Assembly: GCA_965235115.1 (NCBI GenBank)
Contig: OZ249451.1
Coordinates: 10,354,001-10,418,000, forward strand
Length of the DNA stretch: 64,000 nucleotides
From: Laetmonice hystrix
Taxonomy: Eukaryota
Direction: 5' to 3'
Shown: positions 1-13,020 of the stretch, one piece after another
Position numbering within the stretch: position 1 is the first letter of the stretch
How the letters are laid out: each line of letters begins with the position of its first letter
Made by a program: the position numbers and the translations under genes
Notes under the pieces: generated by a model
The model's input: only the letters and a program-made list of their open reading frames with translations
Told to the model about the DNA's origin: nothing
The model's database searches: none

Positions 1-26
1 TTGTGTATTGTCGACCATAACACACG
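1..26 (+). CDS. Candidate 3' end of the signal-peptide exon of the Cys-loop channel gene
   Basis: CG|gtaagc donor at 26/27. Frame 2 reads CVLSTITH plus a phase-1 G that joins in frame to the exon at 3008 (...ITHA-VSSSQ). The start lies outside the window. Confidence 0.45.
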
Positions 27-153
27 GTAAGCAGGTGCCAACCCTTCTGTGACATCTCGACCTATATGTTAACACTTAGGCCAGCAGGGCGCATATAAAA
101 ACTACTGGGGGGGGGGGGGGCTCCCAAGGGGGACTAAACAACTAGTAAAGCCC

Positions 154-335
154 ATGGCCCTGGTTTTTAGTTTGCAAACCGAGTCTTAAGATTCAAATCT
201 TAAGACTGAACTCTTGTTTCAGAGCTTCTGATTGGTCCTTCAAATCAAGTCAGTCAATAAGAGAGCATAACACATGTCAGTCTTAAAATTCCAGTCTTAA
301 GATTGGTAAAATGACGAACTAAAAACCGAGCCCTG
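154..335. mobile_element. Short MITE-like element with imperfect TIRs
   Basis: Left ggccctggtttttagtt and right aactaaaaaccgagccctg are imperfect reverse complements. The same sequence family recurs at about 52149-52184 and 53350-53415. No TSD seen. Confidence 0.55.
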
Positions 336-520
336 GTCCTCTGGACTTTCTTCCTGCTATTTATAACAGTGGCCGAACCTAAGGAGGGTGGCCACCGTAA
401 CTCCCAGAATCTGTCAATGTAACCTCCCAGCTGGGGGGTTCGAGTTAACAAAGTGCTGTGATTATCCAACCCTTTTATGGAAAGGGCACTAGGGCAGTGA
501 TCACGTATATAGAAGGCCTT

Positions 521-3050
521 GTTTGATAGCCTGTGTGTGGATCTCTGTGTGTCAGCAGTTCACGAGTGGAGATAGGAAGTGTTTGATAGCCTGTGTGTGG
601 ATCTCTGTGTGTCATTCACGAGTGGAGATAGGAAGTGTTTGATAGCCTGTGTGTGGATCTCTGTGTGTCAGTAGTTCACGAGTGGAGATAGGAAGTGTTT
701 GATAGCCTGTGTTTGGATCTCTGTGTGTCAGCAGTTCACGAGTGGAGATAGGAAGTGTTTGATAGCCTGTGTGTGGATCTCTGTGTGTCAGTAGTTCACG
801 AGTGGAGATAGGAAGTGTTTGATAGCCTGTGTGTGGATCTCTGTGTGGCAGCAGTTCACGAGTGGAGATAGGAAGTGTTTGATAGCCTGTGTGTGGATCT
901 CTGTGTGGCAGCAGTTCACGAGTGGAGATAGGAAGTGTTTGATAGCCTGTGTGTGGATCTCTGTGTGGCAGCAGTTCACGAGTGGAGATAGGAAGTGTTT
1001 GGTAGCCTGTGTGTGGATCTCTGTGTGTCAGCAGTTCACGAGTGGAGATAGGAAGTGTTTGATAGCCTGTGTGTGGATCTCTGTGTGTAAGTAGTTCACG
1101 AGTGGAGATAGGAAGTGTTTGGTAGCCTGTGTGAGGATCTCTGTGTGTCAGTAGTTCACGAGTGGAGATAGGAAGTGTTTGATAGCCTGTGTGTGGATCT
1201 CTGTGTGTCATTCACGAGTGGAGATAGGAAGTGTTTGATAGCCTGTGTGTGGATCTCTGTGTGTCAGTAGTTCACGAGTGGAGATAGGAAGTGTTTGATA
1301 GCCTGTGTGTGGATCTCTGTGTGTCAGCAGTTCACGAGTGGAGATAGGAAGTGTTTGGTAGCCTGTGTGTGGATCTCTGTGTGTCAGCAGTTCACGAGTG
1401 GAGATAGGAAGTGTTTGATAGCCTGTGTGTGGATCTCTGTGTGTCAGCAGTTCACGAGTGGAGATAGGAAGTGTTTGATAGCCTGTGTGTGGATCTCTGT
1501 GTGTCAGTAGTTCACGAGTGGAGAAGGAATTGTTTGATAGCCTGTGTGTGGATCTCTGTGTGTCATTCACGAGTGGAGATAGGAAGTGTTTGATAGCCTG
1601 TGTTCGGATCTCTGTGTGTCAGCAGTTCACGAGTGGAGATAGGAAGTGTTTGATAGCCTGTGTGAGGATCTCTGTGTGTCAGCAGTTCACGAGTGGAGAT
1701 AGGAAGTGTTTGATAGCCTGTGTGTGGATCTCTGTGTGTCAGCAGTTCACGAGTGGAGATAGGAAGTGTTTGATAGCCTGTGTGTGGATCTCTGTGTGTC
1801 AGCAGTTCACGAGTGGAGATAGGAAGTGTTTGATAGCCTGTGTGTGGATCTCTGTGTGTCAGCAGTTCACGAGTGGAGATAGGAAGTGTTTGATAGCCTG
1901 TGTGTGGATGTGTGTCAGCAGTTCACGAGTGGAGATAGGAAGTGTTTGGTAGCCTGTGTGTGGATCTCTGTGTGTCAGCACTTCACGAGTGGAGATAGGA
2001 GGTGTTTGATAGCCTGTGTGTGGATCTCTGTGTGTCAGTAGTTCACGAGTGAAGATAGGAAGTGTTTTGATAGCCTGTGTGTGGATCTCTGTGTGTTAGC
2101 AGTTCACGAGTGGAGATAGGAAGTGTTTAATAGCCTGTGTGTGGATACTCTCTGTGTAGCAGTAAACAGTTCACGAGTGGAGATAGGAAGTGTTTTGATA
2201 GCTTGTGTGTGGATCTCTGTGTGTCAGCAGTTCACGAGTGGAGATAGGAAGTGTTTAATAGCCCGTGTGTGGATACTCTCTGTGTAGCAGTAAGCAGTTC
2301 ACAAGTGGAGAAGGAAGTGTTTGATAGCCTGTGTGTGGATCTCTGTGTGTCAGCAGTTCACGAGTGGAGATAGGAAGTGTTTGATAGCCCGTGTGTGGAT
2401 ACTCTCTGTGTAGCAGTAAGCAGTTCACAAGTGGAGAAGGAAGTGTTTGATAGCCTGTGTGTGGATACTCTCTGTGTAGCAGTAAGTAGTTCACAAGTGG
2501 AGAAGGAAGTGTTTGATAGCCTGTGTGTGGATACTCTCTGTGTAGCAGTAAGCAGTTCACAAGTGGAGAAGGAAGTGTTTGATAGCCCGTGTGTGGATAC
2601 TCTCTGTGTAGCAGTAAGCAGTTCACAAGTGGAGAAGGAAGTGTTTGATAGCCTGTGTGTGGATACTCTCTGTGTAGCAGTAAGCAGTTCACAAGTGGAG
2701 AAGGAAGTGTTTGATAGCCCGTGTGTGGATACTCTCTGTGTAGCAGTAAGCAGTTCACAAGTGGAGAAGGAAGTGTTTGATAGCCTGTGTGTGGATACTC
2801 TCTGTGTAGCAGTAAGCAGTTCACAAGTGGAGAAGGAAGTGTTTGATAGCCCGTGTGTGGATACTCTCTGTGTAGCAGTAAGCAGTTCACAAGTGGAGAA
2901 GGAAGTGTTTGATAGCCTGTGTGTGGATACTCTCTGTGTAGCAGTAAGCAGTTCACAAGTGGAGAAGGAAGTGTTTGATAGCCCGTGTGTGGATACTCTC
3001 TGTGTAGCAGTAAGCAGTTCACAAGTGGAGAAGGAAGTGTTTGATAGCCT
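521..3050 (+). repeat. Minisatellite: about 30 copies of a 60-bp unit grading into about 10 copies of a 66-bp unit, derived from the intron/exon junction
   Basis: Consecutive 60-nt lines are in register. The 66-bp unit translates as VDTLCVAVSSSQVEKEVFDS(L/P)C, and the last copy runs directly into the channel exon (EKEVFDSLMANYNRRLRPV). Confidence 0.97.
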
Positions 3051-3761
3051 GATGGCCAACTATAACAGACGTCTAAGGCCGGTCACATCTTACAACCAAA
3101 CTCTGCACCTCAACGCTACACTCAACTTTCAACAACTTCTCGATCTGGTAAATCTTTTATTTTAACGGAAAACGTAGAACCGATCAAGGATTATGTCCTG
3201 ATATCTCATATTCCAGGAAGGAGACGCTAATTAGTAAGTCAAAAGCGAAGTAATCAACTCAAGTGGTCGTGAACCATACACAAAGCCATGCACAGGCGAT
3301 CTCATCTTCCGTATAAACTAGAATGGCTGGAATAGCTGAACTTTCAGCTCTTCATCTTTGAAGAATTTACTTTTTTAAAGTTCCTGAAGCCTGTTATTTT
3401 AGGATGAAAAACGTGAAGTCATGGTCTCGGTCGTATGGCTAGGACAGGTGAGTGGGCATTTACATGTAACATAAACATGAAAACTTCATCAAGAAATACA
3501 AACGTAAAGCGAGCTATCTAGCTTCAAGTGATTCATAGGACGGGGCCGATTTGTTGGGGCCAACGCGGTGGGGGCAAGTGACTGAATGTATGGATGATAA
3601 TTCTGACCCGATTTCTCCAATAGTATTGGACGGACGAGCGGTTCCGGTGGAATCCAAGTGACCATGAAGGCCTTGACGAGTTAGTCGTTCCCGCTGACGA
3701 TTTGTGGGTTCCTGATCTTTACGTCCTCAACATGTAAGTACTCGAGATTGAGAGAGAGATT

Positions 3762-3804
<43 letters not shown>

Positions 3805-6800
3805 AAGAGAGAAGATAGAGAAAGAGAGAAGATAGAGAGAGAGAGAAGAGAGAGAGAGGGGGGGGGGAGAAAAAAGAAAAAGTGAACTTGGTCTTAGTCG
3901 ACTAAATACGTTCATCCTACCGTCTGAGACAACATGTGATAAGGCAATGATAGCCGCCATACGGAACTGTGCCACAGATCGACCCACTGACAGGGAACGG
4001 GTTGTATTGCTACATCCCTCATCATACTCTCAGTGTTTGAACCATCAGCACGTGTTGCCAGACTACGACCGGACGTGGACCCATGCAAGCTCCTTCCGAC
4101 CCATCAGCCAATTCATGGGAGACAGACTCGAGTCTATCTAATCGATACTTTCAGATGTGACAGTTCACTGTACATGTGACCAGTGGTTCCGTGGCTTTAT
4201 ATAGTGGGGAGGTCAAGCTGGACCTGCAGAGTGAGGTGTGACAAACAAACATGGTATTTATAGCACAAGAATTTATTACAGGAGTGCGTATACTGGCATA
4301 TCTTTAACCTACTCTATTTACCACACAGACCTTACTTACTTTTATACAGGAATTCAATAAATTATGCCAACTCGACACAGAGACAGAGACAGAGAGACAG
4401 TGAGACAGAGGGATCCCACTTTTTGGATAAGTTGAGTGAAATAGGGACCCATTTACCCCCCTTTTCTGGAATCCTGTGATAGTATTGTAACTTCCATGCA
4501 GGTGCGCGGATGCAGTCAACATCGTGGCCCCCTTCCTAGGTGCCCAGGACAGCGTGATTGTCCAGAGTGACGGCAGGGTGGCTCGGGTTGCCCCCTTCTT
4601 CCTCCACACGTCCTGCAAGGTCAACCTGGACGCCTTCCCTTTCGACCGCCAGAAATGTGACATTAACGTCGGATCATGGGCTTACAAGGAACACAAACTC
4701 CAGCTCCGGCTGGGCTTAGAGCCACAAATCTTGGCCTCACAACTTTCGGCGGATTGGGTTCTGGATAGTATTGAAGGCGTTGAGAAGAATTTAGAGTTCC
4801 ATGATCCACACCCGAGTAACTTCTCCCTGATAACGTTCACTATCAACATGACAAGGAAGCCGTCCTACCACGTGACTTATCTTATCGTCCCGTCCATAAT
4901 GCTCAATATCGTCGTTTCATTCAGTTTTTTCCTGCCCCCTGAAGCCGGCGAGCGCGTGTCACTTGGGTTAACGGCATTCCTTGCTTATTCCGTGTTTGTC
5001 CTCCTCGTGGCCGACAGGATGCCGGAATCATCCGACTCCGTACCCTGGATTTGTACGTATTCCTCTTCAGGTCGAGTATAGGGGCTTATTCATAATATAA
5101 ATACTAATATCATACGATTCAGACTAAGCTTCCTCTAATGCTTCTACTAGTAGGCCTTTTTGCCCTCCAAAGAATTTAATCTTGCAGATCCATGGCTGAA
5201 TTGTGGTTGAGGAGAGTGTATGGCCGAATGAGGTCCTCAACGGTTACCAATGGGGCCTGAGCCTGGGCCGATAGTTCTCTCCCCGTTAAAAAAATTATGT
5301 TATTTTTATATTCAAATATCCAGTTTTAGTTGCATTAAGAATGGGTGATAGAAAAGCCTGAAGAAAGAGTTAGATTGTAAAATCCCAGAAGCCATATCTT
5401 AAGAGTATCCGGACCACAGACCACAACACCAGGATACATACTCATTTAGCATAGCTTGGCACCTCGAGTACTTGCTGGCATTTCACTGGGCCCATACTTT
5501 ACTAAAGGCTCGCTCTGGCCCTGATGGCTAACACGTGTGTATAGAAATCCCCATTGACCTGCACAATGCTTCAGGCAATGTCCGCTTGCTTATCGTGGGA
5601 CTTCAGTGAAGAGCAAAACAAAAGGCATGACAAGAGAGCGTCCAACAATAGCCTGGCCCTGCGATTAACACCCTAATTTGCATATCAAATGCGTCTCAAG
5701 TCATGCACACGTGACTGCGATGTGGACGCAGACCTCATACTTTTACTGGCGGATTTTCAAAATCTCTGTTTATTTTCACTAAGACAAATTTTACGGATAT
5801 GGAAATGCGTGTTGAAATTGTCTCAGCTATGCCAGTGGCTGGAGCTGTAATTGGGCCAGCCCCTTGCCCTCAGCCAGTTCATCCTCTATATAGGGCAGGC
5901 AAATCATCGAAATCCCCTGTCCCACCCTGACGTCGACGCACACCGTCGACGCACACCGCGTACATGGATGCCTAGCTTTAGTGTCTGATAGTCTGTTGAG
6001 AACCCTATAAGGCCAGCTGGTGTTTTAGAAATGCCGTTTTGAGAAATGTTTGTGTTTTCCTAACGTAAATTTGTTTCGGTTAGTTGAGTAATTTGGCCCC
6101 ACTATGCCACCGTAGTATCTGAACTCCTCCATCATCAACTCTGGCGCCATTGGCTTACAATGCCCTATTTCGACTCGGGATGTTGTTCAAATTTGTTCCC
6201 GGGAGTCAGAATAAGGAACGATTATAGCGACTACGCTACGTGCTTGGGCATTGTCCCCATTGTCTCACTTCAATAGTCTTTCAGACAATCTGAGGGTGAA
6301 GCAAAGGGAGTTCACATAACTTGGGCATATGGCTAAATTATCCAAAATGGGACGATCGGGAGTCATCATCAATCAAGAAGTCTAATGTTTACATCTATAT
6401 ATAGCAGGTAATCGTTTCGTGACTTTCTCTCTTTATTTACAGCGGTTTTCTTTATGATGAACATGACCCTCACCATGGCAACCATTGTGTGGTCCGTTTT
6501 CGCTGTCAGGGTTCACTTCCGGTCCTCTCTCTACGGGCGTCCCCCAAACTGGCTCTTCATCCTAGCCCAGTGGATCGATTCTCCGTGCTGCTGTACCAAC
6601 AAACACACTGAGCAACTGTCCTCTCTTGAGAACACATCTTTGATGCCACAAGGGCGTGTAAAAGAGTCCACATCTCAGACTGACCCGACCCCACGGGTTT
6701 CCGACGTGAGCCGAACGCCAGGACACCTGCATGAAATGAAGCCAGAGGCGACCTTTCAACCACCTGAGGCTCCTCCCCTGAAAAACTTCGAGATGGCTTG

Positions 6801-6900
6801 GAGGATGATTATGCGTGCCTCCGACAGACTGGGTTTCAGCATCTTCATGACGGTGGCATCTGTAGCCGTTATTTTAGTCTTCATGGCGCACCAATATTAA
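3008..6900 (+). CDS. Cys-loop ligand-gated ion channel subunit, nAChR-like, cation-type, non-alpha (no vicinal Cys)
   Basis: Phase-consistent exons 3008-3147, 3403-3447 (45 nt, DEKREVMVSVVWLGQ), 3624-3733 (110 nt, YWTDERFRWNP...WVPDLYVLN), 4502-5052 and 6443-6900, all GT-AG. Motifs: YNRRLRPV, Cys-loop CKVNLDAFPFDRQKC, loop B GSWAY, M1 PSYHV..LIVP, M2 GERVSLGLTAFL, M3 and M4 (DRLGFSIF). Confidence 0.93.
3750..3860. repeat. (GA)n microsatellite
   Basis: Long imperfect GA run in the channel intron. Confidence 0.95.
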
Positions 6901-6999
6901 CTTGTTCATACTACAATCTTCACTACCTCGCAAATATGAATACACATTCTTCCTCTCCAGATATAATAATGTATTATTATTATTGCCAGGTTGGACTTT

Positions 7000-7812
7000 T
7001 GCTGAGAACGAACTCAATAGTATAACATAGGAATCCCTATTTCCAAAAAGCCACCTATTTCTCAAGCTCATGGCCAAACCATCTCTATATTGAGAGAAAA
7101 TGTTCGCCTCTAGGCTTGGTACAAGATAACAAAAGCTCAATTTGATAGACCAATCGGTTGCCAGGTTGGACTGGAAGAGAAGGTGAGAAAGTGATACCAA
7201 AAGCGGAAGTTGATACAGCTAAACAAGTTGGACTGGAATCTGTTTTGCCGAGAATGCGCCCAAATATTACATAGGAATCTCTATTCCCAATTAAAAAGCT
7301 ACCTAGTTCTCAGACTATTCACCAGAACGTCTCCATATTCAGAGAAAATGTTCAACTCTAGGCCTAGTACAGGATACCAAAAGCTCAATTTGATAGCTCA
7401 ATCGCTTCCCAAATTGGACTGGAAGCTGTTTTGCTGAGAACACACGCTATGCTATAACATAGGAATCCCTATTTCCAACTAAAAAGTTACCTAGTTCTCA
7501 GACTAATCACCAGAATATCTCCATATTCAGAGAAAGTGTTAGCCCCTAGGCCTGGTACAACATACTAAAAGATGAAGTTGATACCTCAAAAGCTGACCAA
7601 CTTGGGCTGGAATCTGTTTTGCTGAAAACGCGCTCAATGGTATAACATAGGAATTCCTATTTCCAATGAAAAAGGGACCTAGTTCACAGACCAATGACCA
7701 CAACGTCTTTATTTTCACAGCAAATGTTCGCCTCTTGGCCTGGTACAAGATAACAAAAGCTCAATTTGATGGCTCAAGCGCTTGCCAGGTTGGACTGGAA
7801 TCTGTTTTGCTG
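7000..7812. repeat. Diverged tandem repeat, about 188-bp unit, about 4 copies
   Basis: The marker cataggaat recurs at about 7026, 7269, 7457 and 7645, and aaagctcaatttgat at about 7131, 7380 and 7756. Confidence 0.85.
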
Positions 7813-7889
7813 AGATGATGATGATGAAGATCATTTAGATCGTCAGAACTGGCATAAGCTGAGCCACCTAGCGCAGGAGCTGGGGACTT

Positions 7890-8110
7890 AGTATGTCGTA
7901 ATTACGACAAAGCTATGTCGTTATTACGACATAGCTTTGTCGTTATTACGACTTAGTATGTTGTTATTACGACATATATCTATGTCGTTATTACAACTTA
8001 TAGTATGTCGTTATTACGACATAGCCATGTCGTCAGTATGACTTAGTATGTCGTTATTCCGATTTAGTATGTGCTTATTACGACATTGATATGGCAATTA
8101 TTACGACTTC
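7890..8110. repeat. Short tandem array of the quasi-palindrome atgtcgttattacgacat
   Basis: About 10 imperfect copies of gtcgttattacgac at roughly 20-bp spacing. Confidence 0.85.
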
Positions 8111-8450
8111 TAAAGGTCAGCTAGCAAGAATGGTGGAGTGTAGGACATGCACGTCTTGAAGTAGGCCAAGATCATTTCTTGTGACGTACAAACGGCATCG
8201 CCCCTATGAACGACTTAGGTGGCAATGTAAACAAAGTAACGCGGTAGGCTGATGACTACCTTGCAGCCCTCACTTCACACGTTTAATATCTCCCCAAAAG
8301 TCAAGTTGCATTTGTCTATACCTTAAATCGGATCCAAGTGAAACTGTGTGTTTCCAAGAGAACTTCCAGAGCAGTGTTTCCCAACAATTAAATCATTATA
8401 GATACATTGGTTGTCATATTCATTGTGTTGTTTCCGTTCATGTTTCCGCT

Positions 8451-11400
8451 TTAACAATATAAGAAATGAAGATCCAATCTCTCAAGTACTTCAGGCAGAA
8501 CGAGCCACGAGGCATCAGTGTAGTACAGACGCTGACCTTGAAAGTAATAGGGAGTCAAATCGACGATTCCGAACGGGCCATGTGTCCTCAAGTTTGTGAT
8601 AAAGGTAACAGAGCGGAGGATTGTTGAAAGGATTGGAGAGGTTTGTATGACTGTACTAATCGTTTCGTTTGATTCCAAATAGACGTCGATGACCGACGCT
8701 CCAAACGTCAGTGGTCCAAACGCTTGGCCCGCTGTCTCCCCAAATGTGAACTGCATTCTGTGTGCAATGAAGAAATACCTGGCTCTAAAGTAGATCAACC
8801 TTCTTTGTCGGGTCATTAAAGTAAGCCATTTTGAATTTAGAGCGCCTATAACAATTAATGGTATTTTAGAAAGATATAACCTCACATATAGATATAGACC
8901 CATATATAGCCACAAAACCAGAAGTCATAGCCATAAAAATTAAATGCTTGATAGTGTTTACAAATGTGAAAATTTCTCAGTACATTTTGTATTTGTATCA
9001 ACAGACAAAGACGGCGAGGCCTTAAAACCTTAAAATCAACGCTGTATATGTAATACCCCAATTTTTGAGAGGATCTTTGAATTCGGGTTTACCGCTTCCC
9101 CAAGAGTCGGGGTCATATAAGCGCTCAGTTTAACTGGTGGAGGAAACCATCCTTGGGAATCCCCCCGACCTTATAACTGACTGACAGAGCTTCTCACATA
9201 CAGCCTCTCCCATAGGTTTTAACAGTTGTAGTCACCCAACTATTCCATGGATATTGTGGTAGATTTTGATATGTCGTATGGGTCCTTCCCGCGCGTCCTC
9301 CTTCCCCATGTAGGCCTTCGGTATAAGGGTGAACAATAACAGCCATGGAAAGTTACAGATGTCGGCTTCGGCTTGAAAACGATAAAAACTTTGGATTAGT
9401 GATCCCACGCAAAAAAAAAGAGAACCCCAAAATCACACGGACGTACGACTCCTTGCGAATTCGCACTCATGTGAATGGAGTTCGTAAGCAAACGAGTTCG
9501 TACGATCACCTACGAACGTATAGAAAATTCTTTACGAAATTCGTACGACAGTAAAGTTCATACGGCTAAAATGTTCTGCTCAGTGTGAATGGTCCTTAAT
9601 GCACAAAGTAAATATAGAAAATACCCCTCTAAAAATCTTTTTTCAAAAGAGAAGAAACTCACATAATTCGGGTGCGGTGATTTCTTTCAGCTGCCAGGAG
9701 GGGTCCAGACCGCCGAGGTTTTGTCTCCTCCACAGGTAAACGCTGGTGCACGGTTTGGCGATACACTCACAGAGAAATGTACAGGAGGTTTGCGTGCTGC
9801 CTGCAGTCAGCGCACATCGTTGGAAGTCGCCCCTAAATCCATCCCCAGAGGACGTGGCAGATAGGTACAGGAGAGTTTCTCCTGCGAGACACTGAAGGTT
9901 CTCACCCGAGATCGTCAGTGAAGGTTCCGACACGTTAGGAAGTAACAAGGACACGCGTATCTTGAAATGCCAAGGTGCTTCGTTGAAGGAGTTGGTAACG
10001 AGGCAAGGAGCAACGTCGTTGGCATCAAATAAACAGGGCATGGTTTCTGGTAAGCCATAGTCGTCATGGTAACCGATGAGTCCAGTCGTCACTGAAATCC
10101 CCGAGGCACTAGCCATCGGTCATCTACCGTTTATGACTATACAAACAGTAACCAGTGTAAGATCGCAAATTTCTACGACCTAGTCTTTGGGAGGGCTGGT
10201 GGGGGTGCGGGTGGGATTCATTCCAGGAAGGCAGGTGATGTAACTCACTTTTCTTTTATAGGATAGACCTACAGTTTCCTCTGATATCCTGTGACAGAGT
10301 CAAGCTGACCGCTTGTACCGTCAACATAACATTATATCCTGGCATACAACTCAATTCCGTCCAACCAGTTTTTCATTCCTTGAAACTCTCCTGCTAGGCT
10401 TAGACTCGAACTGCTGTGCCTAAAACAGTGATTCTGGCTCACCTTTACTTGATAACACCCTACCTGGAGGGGCCTCACACACCACGTGTTCCAAGAGCGT
10501 CTCACAGGGTCGCTCGATCCACACGGATGCCAAGGTCAAACTAACACACTGTAGGTAGAGCTGTATGAACGGATGGAGAAACGACCACGCCATGTAGGTG
10601 TAGAACAGCTGGGAGCAAGAGCAAGGAAACATCCCAATAATCATGATGGCAATTCATACACAGGGGTTAAAGCAAACACTGACTATCTCAGAGCTGTTCA
10701 AGGCAATGCCAGGTCAACAACCAACCATGAGACGATCGCTTCATAGCGACAACAGCCAACTGAAATGTTGAATTTCATTAGATTTCTCTATTTCTGTGGT
10801 CATACATTAATTGATTTGTGTAGTCAAACCTAATAGCCCGTGTCTGCATTCTGGAGTCATTGAAATAAGAGGTAGTCAGTATATGCTTTAAGGCCAAGGA
10901 TGCGCTTTTCAGCGTATTTGTTAAAGGCAATTTATACAAGTCGTAGAGGCCATTTAAACTAACACAAAAACTACCCGCAGGAGACAAGAGGCCTCTTTTA
11001 CTTTTACAATATCTTAACCTTGTCTTTATCGTGAAAGTTGACTGAATTCTTCATTTCTTTACCAGATTCAAATAGGATTGACATTTCTTTTACAGGTAAT
11101 CAAAGCTTACGTCAGTTTTATTATGCATTTTGAAGATACTTATTTTTTAGAAGGACAACAAGTTTTATGGACAATGTTTGCTCTATGTAGTTAAACATGT
11201 ACACACAAGATATGGTGTAGGGTCTCTCCATTCGTATATTAACGTAGTGACTTCTCGCAGACCGATCCAAGCATCCCCCTCCAGCTTCAGCTCTACGGTA
11301 AATACAAAAATTGCCAGTTAGTCGGTTGTTATTTAACAGTATACCCTACACTGCTTAGCTAACAAGAATATTGTTCGTTTAGCTTTAATTATTATCGATA

Positions 11401-13020
11401 GCAATTCTGTTCCTGCGGTTCTCCACCAATCGGAACATTCAGGCTTGTAGCCAGGGGGTATCGGACGATACCCCGTGACCACGGGCTGTTATTTTGTATA
11501 TAGCCTCGTCCAGAATTTAGATGCCCCTTTGGATCCGCCACTGGGTAAACTACCGGAAGAGTTCCGCTTACCATATTTAGGATACCTCCCCACACATACT
11601 GACTACGGGTCTGACATTTGAGCAATTCTCGGAAATGGTCCGGAGGTTTAGAATAGCCCAGCTTACAAAGCATTTACTCCTGACCCCAGTCTCCTGTCAG
11701 CTGCCAACGCGCTACTATATTAATGTTGTCGTTGACGTTGCCGGGGGAGGGGCAGGAGTTGCAAACAGAACGAGTTTTAAACTTTCTTTGATTAAACGTT
11801 TCCACAAACCAAGTTGTGTTTATTGTAACAGATTGAGCCGCGAAGATCTTTCGTATAAATACCTATCACAATTCATCCTTTCGTCACCTAAGTTGTCCTA
11901 ATTATAGTGGATACACCAAATAGAGTGACCCGTGCCGGAAGTGCCGGTATTGCTTCGCCGAACCCCCATTTCCGAGGGTGAAACGGCACGTGCTGTGAGC
12001 GCCAGTTTGAGGAAAATAACTGGCGCCACCTGGTGAGTATGCCATGACTATGTACCTAAACAAATCGACGGGGAACCGACACCTCTTGTGAGCGGCATCA
12101 TTTAGAAAAAGGGCAGCATTTGAGATTTTTAGCACATAATTTTCATCAACATAGAATATTTTTAAGGAGCCAGCAGAATGCAAATGACAGAACCCCCCCC
12201 CCCCCCCCCCCGCGCAAGTAGGCATGCATCCATGGTTGTGATAGGACTAGGCCTAGGCCCTACCCTTCTTAATTTTACGACTACCATTTCGAGAATGTAA
12301 AATCACAATTTGCATACATGTATTTGTCGGAAGGTCGTAGGCCTACATTGGAGGATAATGTGTTAAAGTTATACATAGGCCTAGATGAGGTCAAAAATCT
12401 CGGCGAATTAGGCCTAAATGGCTATAGAAGGTATACCTAGGCTATGGCATAGGCCGGCTAATCCAAAGTAGCTTTCGATTATACCGGTATTGCCGGATTA
12501 GGAGACCCATGCCTACACATAAAATACCTTGCATGACAAAGGTTATGGAGCCTGGCGTCGCTAGCGTCGCTAACATGGCTGAGTTAGCCGTGCAGTAAGC
12601 GTCAGCCTCATCCCAAGTGACGCCCTGACTCGCCTTGTGGACCCAGTAGCAGCGACCATAGAAGCGCGCCATCTGGTGGGTGCATCGATAACCTAGCATA
12701 GAGACGCCTACTTGAGTGTCTTTCATGAAGGTGATATGTACAACCTCGTTCCTAACCTAAGTAGGACCTAGGGCCTACTAAAAAGGAATTAGGATATCAG
12801 TTTTCACGACCAGACTAGAGGTCATGCGATCACATGGCAGATGGGCCAGTATTGGCCAATTGGTGCTCTTGTATTTGGCAACTCCATATAACACCGGGAG
12901 TCCGTGTTGTCATGGCAAACATTGTAGACAAAGAAAGAGTCCGTTACCTTGCCATCCGTTGACGAATGTTGATATCAAGACGAGTAGGCCTACTACCAAA
13001 ACTATCAAACATGTCGACAT
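8451..13020 (-). CDS. Secreted multidomain lectin-like protein: signal peptide + C-type lectin-like domain + unassigned Cys-rich domain + jacalin-like domain (about 430 aa)
   Basis: Phase-consistent exons 13020-12948 (MSTCLIVLVVGLLVLISTFVNG), 12692-12528 (C..CYW..TWDEADAYC), 11292-11207 (AWIGL..YEWRD), 10608-10464 (W..HP..C..WIERPC..VCE), 10091-9663 (Cys-rich) and 8845-8451 (MQFTFG, LRSVTFITNLRTHGPFG, LERLDLHF). Total 1293 nt with a single terminal stop. The 11207 donor (gtgtgt) is weak. Confidence 0.78.
9126..9200. mobile_element. Possible SINE fragment
   Basis: cagtttaactggtggaggaaacc...ccgacct...actgac...cacata resembles, from memory only, an abundant SINE-derived repeat of molluscs and other marine invertebrates. 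Not verified by search. Confidence 0.3.

Noticed and set aside
612-3059. Long repetitive ORFs on both strands over the first minisatellite
   Set aside because: They stay open only because the units are multiples of 3. Only the + frame ending in the channel exon has independent support.
11392-12225. ORFs 11392-11673 and 11902-12225 as extra lectin exons
   Set aside because: No convincing CTL motifs with compatible splice phases. The CTLD is completed by exons 11292-11207 and 10608-10464. Minor alternative exons are not excluded.
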